64,000 nt of DNA from Myxococcota bacterium (lineage in GTDB: Bacteria > Myxococcota > Myxococcia > Myxococcales > Myxococcaceae), in assembly GCA_049322255.1 (NCBI GenBank), contig JBMORE010000148.1, positions 1 through 64,000 of the forward strand, given 5' to 3'. Made by a program: the position numbers and the translations under genes. The notes beneath the pieces are model-generated. The model was given only the letters and a program-made list of their open reading frames with translations. It was not told the origin of the DNA and searched no databases. Positions within the stretch are counted from its first letter, which is position 1. Every line of letters begins with the position of its first letter. Below, piece after piece: positions 28,127 to 39,367 of this stretch.

Positions 28127-29433
28127 GGACGGCTATTCGCCCCTCACCCCAACCCTCTCCCAGCGGGAGAGGGGGACGTGGAGAACGCGGAGTGGCGTTG
28201 ATCATGGTGGTGATTGCCATCGCCTTGCTCACCGTGGTGGGCACCGAGCTCGCCTACAACTCCCGGGTCGACATGCAGCTGGCCGCCAACCAGCGCGACG
28301 AGGTGCGCGCCTACTTCCTGGCCAAGAGCGGCATCGGGCTGGCGCGGCTGATGCTCCGCTTTCAGCGGCAGCTGGACAACATTCAGATTCCCACCAACCT
28401 GCTCAGCCTTCTGGGCGTCCCGCCCCAGGTTCCCCAGCCCTCCTCGCTGTCCATTCAGCTGTGGCGCATGGCGAAGATCGACTGCCACATGCTGCAAGGG
28501 CTGGTCGACGACGAGCCTCCCCGCGGAGGCATCGGGCCTGCATCCTCGAGCTCGAAGTTCGAGTTCGACGATGAGTTCCCCGAGCTGGGCAAGGCGATGG
28601 CGACGCGGAAGTTCGGCGGCTTCTCGGGGTGTTTCGATGTCCAGATTTTCGACGAGGAGGAGAAGATCAACTTGAACAAGCTGGACGCTCCCCAGCTCAC
28701 CAGCCAGGTGCTCTTGGCACAAACGCTCTCCACCTTCGGCGACAAGAAGTACGAGTTCCTCTTCGAGAAGGAGGACTCCAACAAGGTGAAGGTCGCCCCT
28801 GCCGACCTGGTCGTTTCGATGCGCGATTGGGTGGACGAGGACGAGGTGCAATCGCAACTCAACCTGACCGGCCAGGGCGACCCGTTCGCCAAAGGTTTCT
28901 CTGACGAGGACCACGACTACGACCGCTACGACCCGCGCTACGAGGCGAAGAACGCGCGCTTCGACAGCCTCGACGAGCTGTACCGGGTGCATGGCGTGAA
29001 CGACCGCTTCATGGCTGCCTTTCGCGACAAGCTCACCGTGTACCCGGACATCAACTCGCGCCTGAACATCAACACCGATGATCCGGTGCTGCTCACCTTG
29101 GCCATTCGCTCGGTGGCCGACCCCTCGCGCCCCGACGTGCGGCTGCAAGACCCGATCTTCATCGACTCGCTCATCCAGAAAATCCGCCTGGCGAAGATGT
29201 TCGCCATCTTCGGCATGTCGGTGGTGGACTTCGTGAACATCGTCGAGTCCGCGGGGGTGGCGGTGAACCCCTCGATCAAGAGCAACCCCGCCAACCAGCG
29301 GTACGTGGGCGACAAGACCACCACCTTCCAGCTCAAGAGCGTGGGGACCGCCGGCGCGGTGGAGAAGACGCTCACCGCGGTGGTGCGCACCAACGAGGGG
29401 CTGGGCACCCTCGTCTACTGGAGAGAGGAATAG
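28123..29433 (+). CDS. gspK: Minor pseudopilin GspK
   Basis: ERG|VALIMVVI (lacks Glu5, typical of GspK); KINLN, DWVDED, FDSLDEL, LNINT. Confidence 0.88.
   Translation: MRTAIRPSPQPSPSGRGGRGERGVALIMVVIAIALLTVVGTELAYNSRVDMQLAANQRDEVRAYFLAKSGIGLARLMLRFQRQLDNIQIPTNLLSLLGVPPQVPQPSSLSIQLWRMAKIDCHMLQGLVDDEPPRGGIGPASSSSKFEFDDEFPELGKAMATRKFGGFSGCFDVQIFDEEEKINLNKLDAPQLTSQVLLAQTLSTFGDKKYEFLFEKEDSNKVKVAPADLVVSMRDWVDEDEVQSQLNLTGQGDPFAKGFSDEDHDYDRYDPRYEAKNARFDSLDELYRVHGVNDRFMAAFRDKLTVYPDINSRLNINTDDPVLLTLAIRSVADPSRPDVRLQDPIFIDSLIQKIRLAKMFAIFGMSVVDFVNIVESAGVAVNPSIKSNPANQRYVGDKTTTFQLKSVGTAGAVEKTLTAVVRTNEGLGTLVYWREE
28141..28173. repeat. 33-bp BoxC/PIT-like element, copy 7, in the GspK leader
   Basis: ccctcaccc-caa-ccctctccc-agc-gggagaggg; reads PSPQPSPSGRG. 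Confidence 0.9.
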
Positions 29434-29435
29434 CC

Positions 29436-31019
29436 ATGGCTCGCATCCTGGGGCTGGACCTCGGCAGCTACTCGGTGAAGGCGGTGCTCTTCGAAACCAC
29501 CCTGCGCGGGTATCAAACCCGCGCCTACCGCACGGTGCGCGTCGGTCCCCGCCCGGAAGGAGGCAGCGCGCTGGCTCCCCTCGAGGCTGCGCTGAACGAG
29601 CTTTGGGCGCAGGAGCCGCTCGTGGCCGACCAGGTGGTGGTCTCCCTCCCCGGCCCTTCGCAGGCCACGCACGTCATCACGCTCCCCTTCACCGACACCA
29701 AACGCATCGACGCCACGGTGCCCTTCGAGGTGGAGAGCCAGCTGCCCTTCGACCTCTCCGACGCGGTGTTCGACTACCAGGTGGCAAGCACGCGGGAGAA
29801 GAAGAGCGACCTCATCATCGGAGTGGTGAAGAAAGACGAGCTGCGCGCGTTGCTCGAGCTTCTACAAAAGCTCAAGCTCGACCCACGCGTCGTCACCCAC
29901 CCCGGCATCTGCTACCAAAACCTGCTCGCCGCGCTCTCCCCGGCCGCGGGCGACGATGCGCCGATGGCGATTCTGGACATCGGCCACGAGCGCACCAGCG
30001 TGGCGATCGGCCGGTTGGGCGGCACCCTCGAGCTGGCGCGCACCTTCGCCGGGGGCGGCAAGGACTTGACGCGCGCGGTGGCCAACGAGCTTAGGTTACC
30101 GATGGAGGAGGCCGAGCGCTGGAAGGAAGAGCGGGGCGCGGTGGGGTCGGCGGCCTTTGGCCCGGAGGCCGAGCGCGTCGGAGGAGCGATGCAGCGGGCG
30201 CTGCAAGGGCTCTTGCGCGAGCTTCGGCCCACGCTCAAGGCGTATACCGCGAAGACCCGCGGCAACGTGTCGCGGGTGCTCTTGTGCGGCGGCACCACGA
30301 GGCTCCGCGGCCTCGCCGACCAGCTCACCCGTGACTTGGGCGTGCCCGTCGAGCCCCTGCAGCTGCCGCTGGAGGCCGCCTCGCTCATCTTGGCGGAGGA
30401 GCAGCCCAGCGCCGCGCAAGGTTACGCGTTGGCCCTGCGCGGTCAGGCCTCGGGAGTGAAGGCGCCGCGCTTCAACCTCCGTCGCGGCGAGCTCTCCTTC
30501 AAAGGTGACTTCGACTACGTGCGCGAAAAGCTGGGCCGGCTGGCGGCGTTCGCCGCGGTCCTCTTGGCGCTGGTCATCTCCTCGGGCATCGTGCGCAACG
30601 CCGTCTTGGCCAGGCGCGAGCGCGCGGTGGACGCGATGCTCGGCGACGTCACCGAGCGGGTGCTCGGCACCCGTGAGAAAGACTTCAACAAGGCGCTCAA
30701 CCTGCTCCAGGGCAAGGAGAGCCCGGCGGCGGTCATTCCCTCGATGTCGGCGGTGAACGTGCTCGCCGAGCTGGCGCAGCGCATGCCCTCCGAGGTACCG
30801 GTGACGATGGACCAAGTGGTGGTCGACTTGGACCGGGTCACCGTGCGCCTGGAGACGGACAGCTCGAAGCAAGTGGACAAAATCACCTCCGCCCTCAAGT
30901 CCTTCCGCTGCTTCAAGGAGGTGCAAGAGGGCAAGGTGGAGAAGTCGAAGGACGGCTCGAAGGTCACCTTCCGCCTGGACATTCAGGTGGAGTGCCCCAC
31001 GGCCGTGCCTCAGGGGTAA
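29436..31019 (+). CDS. gspL: GspL (PilM-like actin-fold cytoplasmic domain, TM, periplasmic domain)
   Basis: ILGLDLGSYSVK, ILDIGHERT and LLCGG motifs; TM after about 370 aa; position between gspK and gspM. Confidence 0.8.
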   Translation: MARILGLDLGSYSVKAVLFETTLRGYQTRAYRTVRVGPRPEGGSALAPLEAALNELWAQEPLVADQVVVSLPGPSQATHVITLPFTDTKRIDATVPFEVESQLPFDLSDAVFDYQVASTREKKSDLIIGVVKKDELRALLELLQKLKLDPRVVTHPGICYQNLLAALSPAAGDDAPMAILDIGHERTSVAIGRLGGTLELARTFAGGGKDLTRAVANELRLPMEEAERWKEERGAVGSAAFGPEAERVGGAMQRALQGLLRELRPTLKAYTAKTRGNVSRVLLCGGTTRLRGLADQLTRDLGVPVEPLQLPLEAASLILAEEQPSAAQGYALALRGQASGVKAPRFNLRRGELSFKGDFDYVREKLGRLAAFAAVLLALVISSGIVRNAVLARRERAVDAMLGDVTERVLGTREKDFNKALNLLQGKESPAAVIPSMSAVNVLAELAQRMPSEVPVTMDQVVVDLDRVTVRLETDSSKQVDKITSALKSFRCFKEVQEGKVEKSKDGSKVTFRLDIQVECPTAVPQG

Positions 31020-31022
31020 GCC

Positions 31023-31580
31023 ATGAACCAGCTCAAGGCCCTCATCGCCGATGCCCAGACTGCCTTCGGGCGCCTCACCGAGCGCGAGCGGCGCCTGGTG
31101 TCGCTCGCCGCCGCCGCGGTGGCGTGCTTCGTGGTGTTCCTCGTCCTCTTCTCCTTCTCCAGCGCGGCTGGCACCTACCGCCGTCGCACCGAAGACAAGC
31201 TGCGCAAGCTCGCCGAGGTGCAGGCGCTGGCGGCGAGCTACCGCGAGGCGGAGCAGACGCGCCAGGGCGTGGAGCGAAACCTCACCGCGAGCAACATTCG
31301 CCTCATCAGCTACCTCGAAGAGAAGGGCACTGCCGCCGGCCTCGACATTCCCACCATGAACCCCAAGGCCGACGTGGCGATCGGTGACGGGAAGATCATG
31401 GAGAGCGCGGTCGAGCTCACCCTCACCGACATCACCTTGGGGCGCCTGGTCGATTTCTTGAGCTCGGTGGAGCGTGGCCCGGGGGTGGTGAAGGTGAAGT
31501 ACCTGCGCATCGAGCCGCGGGTGGCGCAAGAGAACCTCACCGCGTGGGTGACCATCGCCACCTATCGGATGAAGAATTGA
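31023..31580 (+). CDS. gspM: Type II secretion protein GspM
   Basis: LTERERRLV followed by a TM, typical of a GspM N-terminus. Confidence 0.85.
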   Translation: MNQLKALIADAQTAFGRLTERERRLVSLAAAAVACFVVFLVLFSFSSAAGTYRRRTEDKLRKLAEVQALAASYREAEQTRQGVERNLTASNIRLISYLEEKGTAAGLDIPTMNPKADVAIGDGKIMESAVELTLTDITLGRLVDFLSSVERGPGVVKVKYLRIEPRVAQENLTAWVTIATYRMKN

Positions 31581-31582
31581 CC

Positions 31583-32515
31583 ATGCCTCCGAACGCTCAG
31601 ATCCCCCGCTGGAAAGTGGTGCTCCGCTACGCGGCCTTCAGCGCTTTCTCGCTCTTGTTCGCGCTCTTCCTCACCTTCCCCTACGACGCCTTGCGGCAGC
31701 GGGTGCAAAACGAGGCCGACGCCGCGGGGCTCTACGTGAAGATGGGCGGGCTGGGGCCGGGGTTGGGCATCACCGCCACCGACGTGCGCATCAGCCAGAA
31801 GGCCACCGGAGCCGAGGAGAAGACCCCCGAGGCGCTGGTGATTCGAAAAATTTCGGTGCTGCCCTCGCTGTACCCCTTGGGTGTGTGGGTGCGCGCCAGC
31901 GTGTTGGGAGGCTCGGCCAGCGCCCACGTCGGCGGCGTCAGCGACCTCGTCGTCCACTTCGACATGGACGAGCTCGACCTCTCGCAGGGGAACTTGAAGG
32001 GCTTCTCCGGCGTGGACCTGACGGGGAAGTTGAGCGGCCGGGTGGAGCTGAGCATCCCTCGAATCACCGTGGGGGGAGCGAAGATTGCCGAACCCGATCT
32101 CGGTCAGGCCAGTGGATTTTTTCGTCTCGAGCTTACGAACGTGACGGTGAACGGCGGAACCGTCCAGGTGGCCATTCCGATGTACGGGCCCGAGCCGACG
32201 CCGATCGACTTGCCCAAGGTGGTGCTCGGGGACATCGAGGGGAAGATGAAGGTCGTCAAGGGCCAAGGGACTCTCGAGAGCTTCACCGCCAAAGGTCAGG
32301 GCCTGGAGGTGAAGGGCTCGGGCACGCTCAAGCTCGCCAAGCGCCTCAGCTACGCCGAGCCCAACCTCGAGGTGCGCCTGAAGGCCGACCCCGACTTCGT
32401 CAAGTCGCTGGGCATCTACGGCACCGGGTTGGCGATGATTCCTTCCGACCCGAAGGACCCCAACTGGCGGCTGGGCAAGCTCACCGGCTACCTGGGCCGC
32501 CCCAATTTCCGGTAG
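31583..32515 (+). CDS. gspN: Type II secretion protein GspN
   Basis: TM ending TFPYD, beta-rich body, C-terminal GYLGRP; last gene of the operon. Confidence 0.8.
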   Translation: MPPNAQIPRWKVVLRYAAFSAFSLLFALFLTFPYDALRQRVQNEADAAGLYVKMGGLGPGLGITATDVRISQKATGAEEKTPEALVIRKISVLPSLYPLGVWVRASVLGGSASAHVGGVSDLVVHFDMDELDLSQGNLKGFSGVDLTGKLSGRVELSIPRITVGGAKIAEPDLGQASGFFRLELTNVTVNGGTVQVAIPMYGPEPTPIDLPKVVLGDIEGKMKVVKGQGTLESFTAKGQGLEVKGSGTLKLAKRLSYAEPNLEVRLKADPDFVKSLGIYGTGLAMIPSDPKDPNWRLGKLTGYLGRPNFR

Positions 32516-32521
32516 CGGCTT

Positions 32522-33691
32522 TCAGCTCGGAAGCGGTTCCAGGTCCTCGATGATTCGCTCCAACGCCACCGCGCGCACTTTCTTCGCCATGGGGAAGGTG
32601 TGCCGTCCTGCGTGAATGACGTCGAGGCGGTCCAGCTTGAGGTCGTGCAGCGCGATACGCATCGACGGGGTGAGGACGGGCGCATCCGTTCGCTTGATCT
32701 CGAAACCCAGGCGAGTCGAGCCACGGACGACGAGGAGGTCGAGCTCCGCGCCAGCGTGGGTCGCCCAGAAGTAGCATTCTCGAGGACGAGCCCGCAGGCG
32801 CATCGTCACCTGAGCGATGGCGAAGCCCTCCCAGGAAGCGCCCAGCTTTGGGTGGCGCTCGAGGTCACGAAGGGAACGAATGTCGAGCAGGGTGTGCAAC
32901 AAGCCCGAGTCGCCCACATAAACCTTGGGCGCTTTGACCTGCCTTTTTCTGAGGTTCTCGTGCCAGGGGAGAAGCTGCTGCACGACAAAGGTGGACACCA
33001 GGAGGTCGAGGTAGTGCCGTACGGTGGTGTGTGCGACGCCGAAAGAGCTGGCGAAATCCGCGGAGCTCCAGATCTGGCCGTGTGCGTGCGCGAGCATGGC
33101 CCAAAATCGCCCAAGGGTGCTCGAGGCCACACGTATTCCGAACTGGGGCACGTCGCGCTCGAGAAAGGTGCGGACGAAGTCCTGGCGCCACTCACGCGAC
33201 GCTTCTTCGGACCGGGCGAGGAACGACCGAGGGAAACCACCTCGTAGCCACAAGGCGTTGAGACGGTGGGCTCCGGTCTCCTCGAGCGCGAAGCCGTCGA
33301 CACCATGGAAGGCAATGCGTCCGGCGAGAGACTCCGATGCTTGCCTGAGCAGATTCTCGGAGGCACTGCCGAGCACCAGAAAGCGCGCCGGGGCTCGAGG
33401 GCGGTCCGCCAGAACGCGCAGCACGCGAAAAATCTCCGGGAGGCGGTGGACTTCGTCGAGCACCACGAGCCCACGCAGGGGCTGGAGGACCACCGAAGGT
33501 TCTCGCAGCCGGGCGAGGTCCTGGGTGGATTCCAGGTCGAAATACTCCGCGGGGCCACGCCGGCGACCGAGGAGCTGTCGGGCGAGCGTCGACTTGCCTA
33601 CTTGGCGTGCGCCCAACATCGCCACCACCGGGTTTCGGGCAAGGAGCCGTTCCAGTCGATGGAGGTGCCACGGGCGCGGGAGGACAGTCAC
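32522..33691 (-). CDS. AAA_14/DUF4143-type ATPase with C-terminal PD-(D/E)xK-like domain
   Basis: GARQVGKS, VLDEVH, LGSAS, GGFP, KAPKVY, ELDLL...GFEIK. Confidence 0.88.
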   Translation of the reverse strand: MTVLPRPWHLHRLERLLARNPVVAMLGARQVGKSTLARQLLGRRRGPAEYFDLESTQDLARLREPSVVLQPLRGLVVLDEVHRLPEIFRVLRVLADRPRAPARFLVLGSASENLLRQASESLAGRIAFHGVDGFALEETGAHRLNALWLRGGFPRSFLARSEEASREWRQDFVRTFLERDVPQFGIRVASSTLGRFWAMLAHAHGQIWSSADFASSFGVAHTTVRHYLDLLVSTFVVQQLLPWHENLRKRQVKAPKVYVGDSGLLHTLLDIRSLRDLERHPKLGASWEGFAIAQVTMRLRARPRECYFWATHAGAELDLLVVRGSTRLGFEIKRTDAPVLTPSMRIALHDLKLDRLDVIHAGRHTFPMAKKVRAVALERIIEDLEPLPS

Positions 33692-33693
33692 TT

Positions 33694-33732
33694 ACCTTGA
33701 AATATGAGTGATAAGGACTCAATTTTCAAGGT
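33694..33732. promoter_or_regulatory. AT-rich inverted repeat directly upstream of the AAA-DUF4143 gene
   Basis: accttgaaatatgagt-gataagg-actcaattttcaaggt (16-bp arms, 2 mismatches). Confidence 0.6.
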
Positions 33733-33736
33733 TGGC

Positions 33737-35128
33737 TCAGGCCGCTCCGCAGCACTTTTTGTACTTCTTGCCGCTGCCACAAACGCAAGGGGCGTTTCGC
33801 TCGGTTTTCTTCTCGACCCGCACCGGCAGGGGCTGGCTTGCTTTGACTCCGTGCAGAAGCCTCTGGGTCTGCCAGGGCCGCCACGTCTTGCTCTCCCAGG
33901 CGGCGATGGTTTCTCCCGGAAGGTAGAGGTCCTCGGCGGCGCACCGAGCGAGGAACGGCAAGCTGGTGAACAGAAGCGACCGCACATGGTTCTCGCCGTG
34001 GATGCTCAAGTCCACGGTGACGGCGATCGTCCGGGCGAGCTTTTCAGGAACGTCCTCCGGGCGGTGGAACCGATGGGGCGAAGCCTCGGCTGCCGCGCGG
34101 GAAAGGGTGACGGCGACGTTTCTGCCCTGCGCCAGCTGGGCGTTGAGCGCCGCCTCCGGCTGGTCCATCACCTGGGCGAGCGAGGCCTTCAGCTTCTTTG
34201 CGTAGTCGCCGGGCTCCTCACCCTCCTCGAAGGTGCTCTTCCGGTCGAGCGCCTTGCGTGCCTCGGCATGGAGCTTCGCGTGCCCCAGCCCGATGGCGGC
34301 GACCTCCAGCGCGGCCGCCTCCAAGTCGAACAAGTCATCAGGGTGCGACAGACGCGCCTTGGCGTTCTGGAGCTGGTCCTTGCCGAGCCGCGCGGCCGCC
34401 CACAGCGAACGCACGCAGGTGGGCAAGTGGCCGCAGCCGAGCGCCAGCGGAACGAGCGCCTTGCGCACGAGGAGAAAGTCCTCGTCCAGGCGGTCGAAAA
34501 AGGCGGCGCCGTCGATGGCGGCGATGAGCACCGCCAGGTGCCCCATGCTCGTGGTCAAAGCCCACACTGCTTCGTGAAGCGTGGGCATCCCCCTCTTCGG
34601 TGGCGGCGGGGGTTTCCCGAAGGCGAGGGACACGTTGATCGCCTGGGAGGACTCGAAGGTGTTCTTCAGCCACAGGTTGAAGAACGCCGGTTGAAGCGCC
34701 GGCTGAAACGCCAACAGCCCCGACATCTCCTCGCGCGAGAGCTGATCGGACCGGATGAGGCGGACGAGCAAGTTGATGCCTTTGCCCTCCCCTCCCGCGA
34801 GCTCGTCAGCGAGGTGCTCTCGGCGCCGCTGAAGCTCGACGCGGCCCACCACCGAATCGAGCTTTTCGCGCGTGACGACGAAGAGGCTGCCCACGGACAT
34901 GCCGTAGCCCAGACAGGTGACGAAGCCACCGTCGCGCGCGACGACCAAGTGAGGCCCGCCCGGTTCGCTCGAGAGGGCGAGCGCCAGACGTTCGGCGTCC
35001 TTGGGCAATCCGGCGTGTGCGAGCACTTGGCGCACGAGCTCTGAATCTCGATACAGCGAGAGGGCGACCTCCACGTCGGCCGAGGCCAGCCGGTCGAGAC
35101 GGGAGAGAAAATGTGCCGCGTGGCCCAT
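33737..35128 (-). CDS. SEC-C motif protein
   Basis: C-terminal RNAPCVCGSGKKYKKCC. Confidence 0.85.
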   Translation of the reverse strand: MGHAAHFLSRLDRLASADVEVALSLYRDSELVRQVLAHAGLPKDAERLALALSSEPGGPHLVVARDGGFVTCLGYGMSVGSLFVVTREKLDSVVGRVELQRRREHLADELAGGEGKGINLLVRLIRSDQLSREEMSGLLAFQPALQPAFFNLWLKNTFESSQAINVSLAFGKPPPPPKRGMPTLHEAVWALTTSMGHLAVLIAAIDGAAFFDRLDEDFLLVRKALVPLALGCGHLPTCVRSLWAAARLGKDQLQNAKARLSHPDDLFDLEAAALEVAAIGLGHAKLHAEARKALDRKSTFEEGEEPGDYAKKLKASLAQVMDQPEAALNAQLAQGRNVAVTLSRAAAEASPHRFHRPEDVPEKLARTIAVTVDLSIHGENHVRSLLFTSLPFLARCAAEDLYLPGETIAAWESKTWRPWQTQRLLHGVKASQPLPVRVEKKTERNAPCVCGSGKKYKKCCGAA

Positions 35129-35154
35129 GGGCTTTGACCCAGTAGGCTAACAGG

Positions 35155-36333
35155 CTACTTGGAGCTCCGAAGCTTCCGGTAACGCTCCGGCTGCTTCGTA
35201 GCCGCCGGCGGAGCTTTCTTCTTCACCTGGCGCGCGTGGGCGGAGGTCCTCGGCTTGATCGACGTCGGCGAAGCTGCATTCAGCGCAGAGCGAGGGGGAG
35301 AGAAAAAGACGACCCCGGCTGCCAGAAAGAGTGCTGCGGACAAACCGAGCGCTCCTCCCCACAACGCGGCACGGCGGCTCTCTTCCAGCGTGGCCAGCCT
35401 CACCCGCCCCTCCTGCGCCACCGCCTGCCCGCACAGCTCGCGCACCAGCTTGCCCAGCTCGGCGGGGGCACGCGAGGACACCGGGGGAAGCGCACGCTGA
35501 AAATCTGCGGCGGACGAAAACCGCCCGTCGGGGCTCTTCTCGGTGGCCTTGCGTAGCGCCGTACACAGCGACAGCGGAGCATCCGCCCGCAGCTGCAAGA
35601 GGTCGGGCAACGGCTCGTCGAGGACTGCCTCGAGCGAGTCGCGCTCGTTGCCTCTCCAGAAAGCGCTCCTGCCGGTGGCGGCGAAGAAAATCGTCACCGC
35701 CGCGCCATGCACGTCGGTACGCCCATCGACCGGGCGGCCGCGCAGCTGCTCGGGGGCGACGTACTCCAGCGTGCCACGCAAAGTGCCGGGGACGGTGTCG
35801 CTGGGCACGTGAAGGCCGTGGGCGATGCCGAAGTCGATGAGCTTCACCTCGCCGCGGGTCGACACCATCACGTTGTTGGGAGTGACGTCGCGGTGCACCA
35901 CCTTCAGCGGCCGGCGGTCGTCCCCCACCTGCCCGTGCACGTGCGAGAGCGCCGAGAGAATGCCCCGGCCCAGAAAGCTCACCAGCTCGATCGGCAGGTG
36001 CCTTTTGCGCTTGCGAAGCGCCTCCCAAAGCTCGGCGAGGGTGACGCCGTCGACGAGCTCCATCGCCAGGTAGTGCCAGCCGCCGTTCTCGCCGCTGTCG
36101 AAGACCTCGACCAGGTTGGGGTGGCTCAAACACGAGGTCAGTCGCGCCTCCGCTCGAAACTTCTGCACTGCGCGCTCGCTCGCTGTGCGCGAACGGTGCA
36201 GCACCTTGAGCGCCAAGGGCTCCCCAACGCCGCTTCGTGGGTACGCCAGATAGACGTCGCCCATGCCGCCATGGGCGAGCTTGCGCCCCAGGCGGTAAGG
36301 GCCCAGCCTGACTCCTGGTCGCAACTGACGCAT
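35155..36333 (-). CDS. Hanks-type Ser/Thr protein kinase with C-terminal TM
   Basis: GGMGDVY, LALK, HRDVTPNN, DFGIA, YVAPEQ; ATG at 36333 likely. Confidence 0.92.
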   Translation of the reverse strand: MRQLRPGVRLGPYRLGRKLAHGGMGDVYLAYPRSGVGEPLALKVLHRSRTASERAVQKFRAEARLTSCLSHPNLVEVFDSGENGGWHYLAMELVDGVTLAELWEALRKRKRHLPIELVSFLGRGILSALSHVHGQVGDDRRPLKVVHRDVTPNNVMVSTRGEVKLIDFGIAHGLHVPSDTVPGTLRGTLEYVAPEQLRGRPVDGRTDVHGAAVTIFFAATGRSAFWRGNERDSLEAVLDEPLPDLLQLRADAPLSLCTALRKATEKSPDGRFSSAADFQRALPPVSSRAPAELGKLVRELCGQAVAQEGRVRLATLEESRRAALWGGALGLSAALFLAAGVVFFSPPRSALNAASPTSIKPRTSAHARQVKKKAPPAATKQPERYRKLRSSK

Positions 36334-36505
36334 CGAGGGCAAGCCTTCGGACTGCAAGCGGCGCTCCGGGCAGAACAGGCTGACTTCCCTGCCTTTTCCT
36401 TTCGCAAAAGTGGAGAGGCTGCCCCTATCCGCGACACTTGGAGCCTCCTTGCTCCATGACTCGTCGTGGGATGCAATCATGCCAAAGGGATGCCATAGTC
36501 ATGAC

Positions 36506-36742
36506 ATGAGCAACCTTCAGGTGAAAAACGTTCCGGAGCGGGTGCACCGACGGCTGCGCGCGCTGGCAGCCAAGCGTGGGAGCAGCGTGCGAGACGTCGT
36601 GTTGGCAGCGGTGGAAAAGGAGCTTGCGCGTGACGAGTTCGAGCGCCGCTTGGCGGGACGCGAGCCGGTCGACCTCCAGCGGCCATCGGCGCGTACCCTT
36701 GAGGAGGTGCGCTCGGAGAGAACCCAGGAGCTTGAACGGTGA
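36506..36742 (+). CDS. vapB: FitA/VapB-like ribbon-helix-helix antitoxin
   Basis: MSNLQVKNVPERVHRRLRALAAKRGSS; overlaps the PIN gene start (GTGA). Confidence 0.8.
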   Translation: MSNLQVKNVPERVHRRLRALAAKRGSSVRDVVLAAVEKELARDEFERRLAGREPVDLQRPSARTLEEVRSERTQELER

Positions 36743-37143
36743 CCTTGGTTCTCGACGCGTCCGCTGCGGTGGAATACCTACTAAAGACAGCGCAGGGTGC
36801 GCAGGTCGCGCTGCTGGTGGAGAAGGCCAACCTCATCGCCCCCGAGCTCCTTGACGTCGAGGTGCTCGCAGTGCTCCGAAAGGAGGCCCTCGCCCATCGG
36901 CTTTCCGCGCGGCGCGCCGAAGAGGCCATCGAGGATCTTCGTGACTGGCCCATCCACCGGCTGCCGCACCGCCCATTGCTCGAACGGGCGTGGTCTTTGC
37001 GCGCCAACACGTCCGCCTACGATGCTCTTTATGTGGCCGCGGCCATCGAGCACGGCGCTGCCCTGGTGACGGCTGATGGACCGCTGTCGCGAGCCCCCCT
37101 GCGCGGGGTGGTGGTGCACAACATTGGCGCGCCCTTGCTTTGA
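36739..37143 (+). CDS. vapC: VapC PIN-domain toxin
   Basis: [17 protein letters not shown] and LVTAD PIN motifs. Confidence 0.9.
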   Translation: MTLVLDASAAVEYLLKTAQGAQVALLVEKANLIAPELLDVEVLAVLRKEALAHRLSARRAEEAIEDLRDWPIHRLPHRPLLERAWSLRANTSAYDALYVAAAIEHGAALVTADGPLSRAPLRGVVVHNIGAPLL

Positions 37144-37163
37144 CGAAATGCTATGGGGGTCGC

Positions 37164-38801
<1,638 letters not shown>

Positions 38802-38863
38802 CGACCGGTAGATCGATTTTTGTTCCCGTCCGTTCGACCTCGCACGACTGACGCGAGGACGAC

Positions 38864-39367
38864 ATGGAAGCGGCCGCGGCGGGGCTCCCGCCCATCTCCT
38901 ACCTCTACCGACAACACCGGCGAAAAGCGCTGGCGATCGCCCGGCGCATCTTGGGTGACACCGACGAAGCGGAAGACGTGGTGCAGGAGGTCTTCTCCCG
39001 CCTGTGCTTCCACCGGGTGCGGTTCGACGGGAAAGCGGCGTACTCCACCTGGCTCTACCGGGTGATGGTCAACAGCTGCATCAACTCTCTTCGGGCGCGC
39101 CGCCGCCGCTCACGTCTTTCCAGCCCCCCTGCCACCCCGCTCACCCCGGAGCAGGCCGCCATCGGCACCGAACTGGGAGCGCTCTTCGCCGACGCCCTTT
39201 CCGAGGTGAGCGAGCAGCACCAGCAAGTGCTGTGGCTTCGCGAGCTGCGCGGGCTGTCGTACCCAGAGATTGCGCAGCTGTTACGCATTCCCGAGGGGAC
39301 GGTGAAGAGCGCGCTCAACCGCGGGCGCGCCCGAGTGCAGCAGGTGCTGGAGAAGATGGGCGTCTAA
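38864..39367 (+). CDS. ECF RNA polymerase sigma factor
   Basis: AEDVVQEVF, STWLYRV, LSYPEIA...GTVKS. Confidence 0.9.
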   Translation: MEAAAAGLPPISYLYRQHRRKALAIARRILGDTDEAEDVVQEVFSRLCFHRVRFDGKAAYSTWLYRVMVNSCINSLRARRRRSRLSSPPATPLTPEQAAIGTELGALFADALSEVSEQHQQVLWLRELRGLSYPEIAQLLRIPEGTVKSALNRGRARVQQVLEKMGV

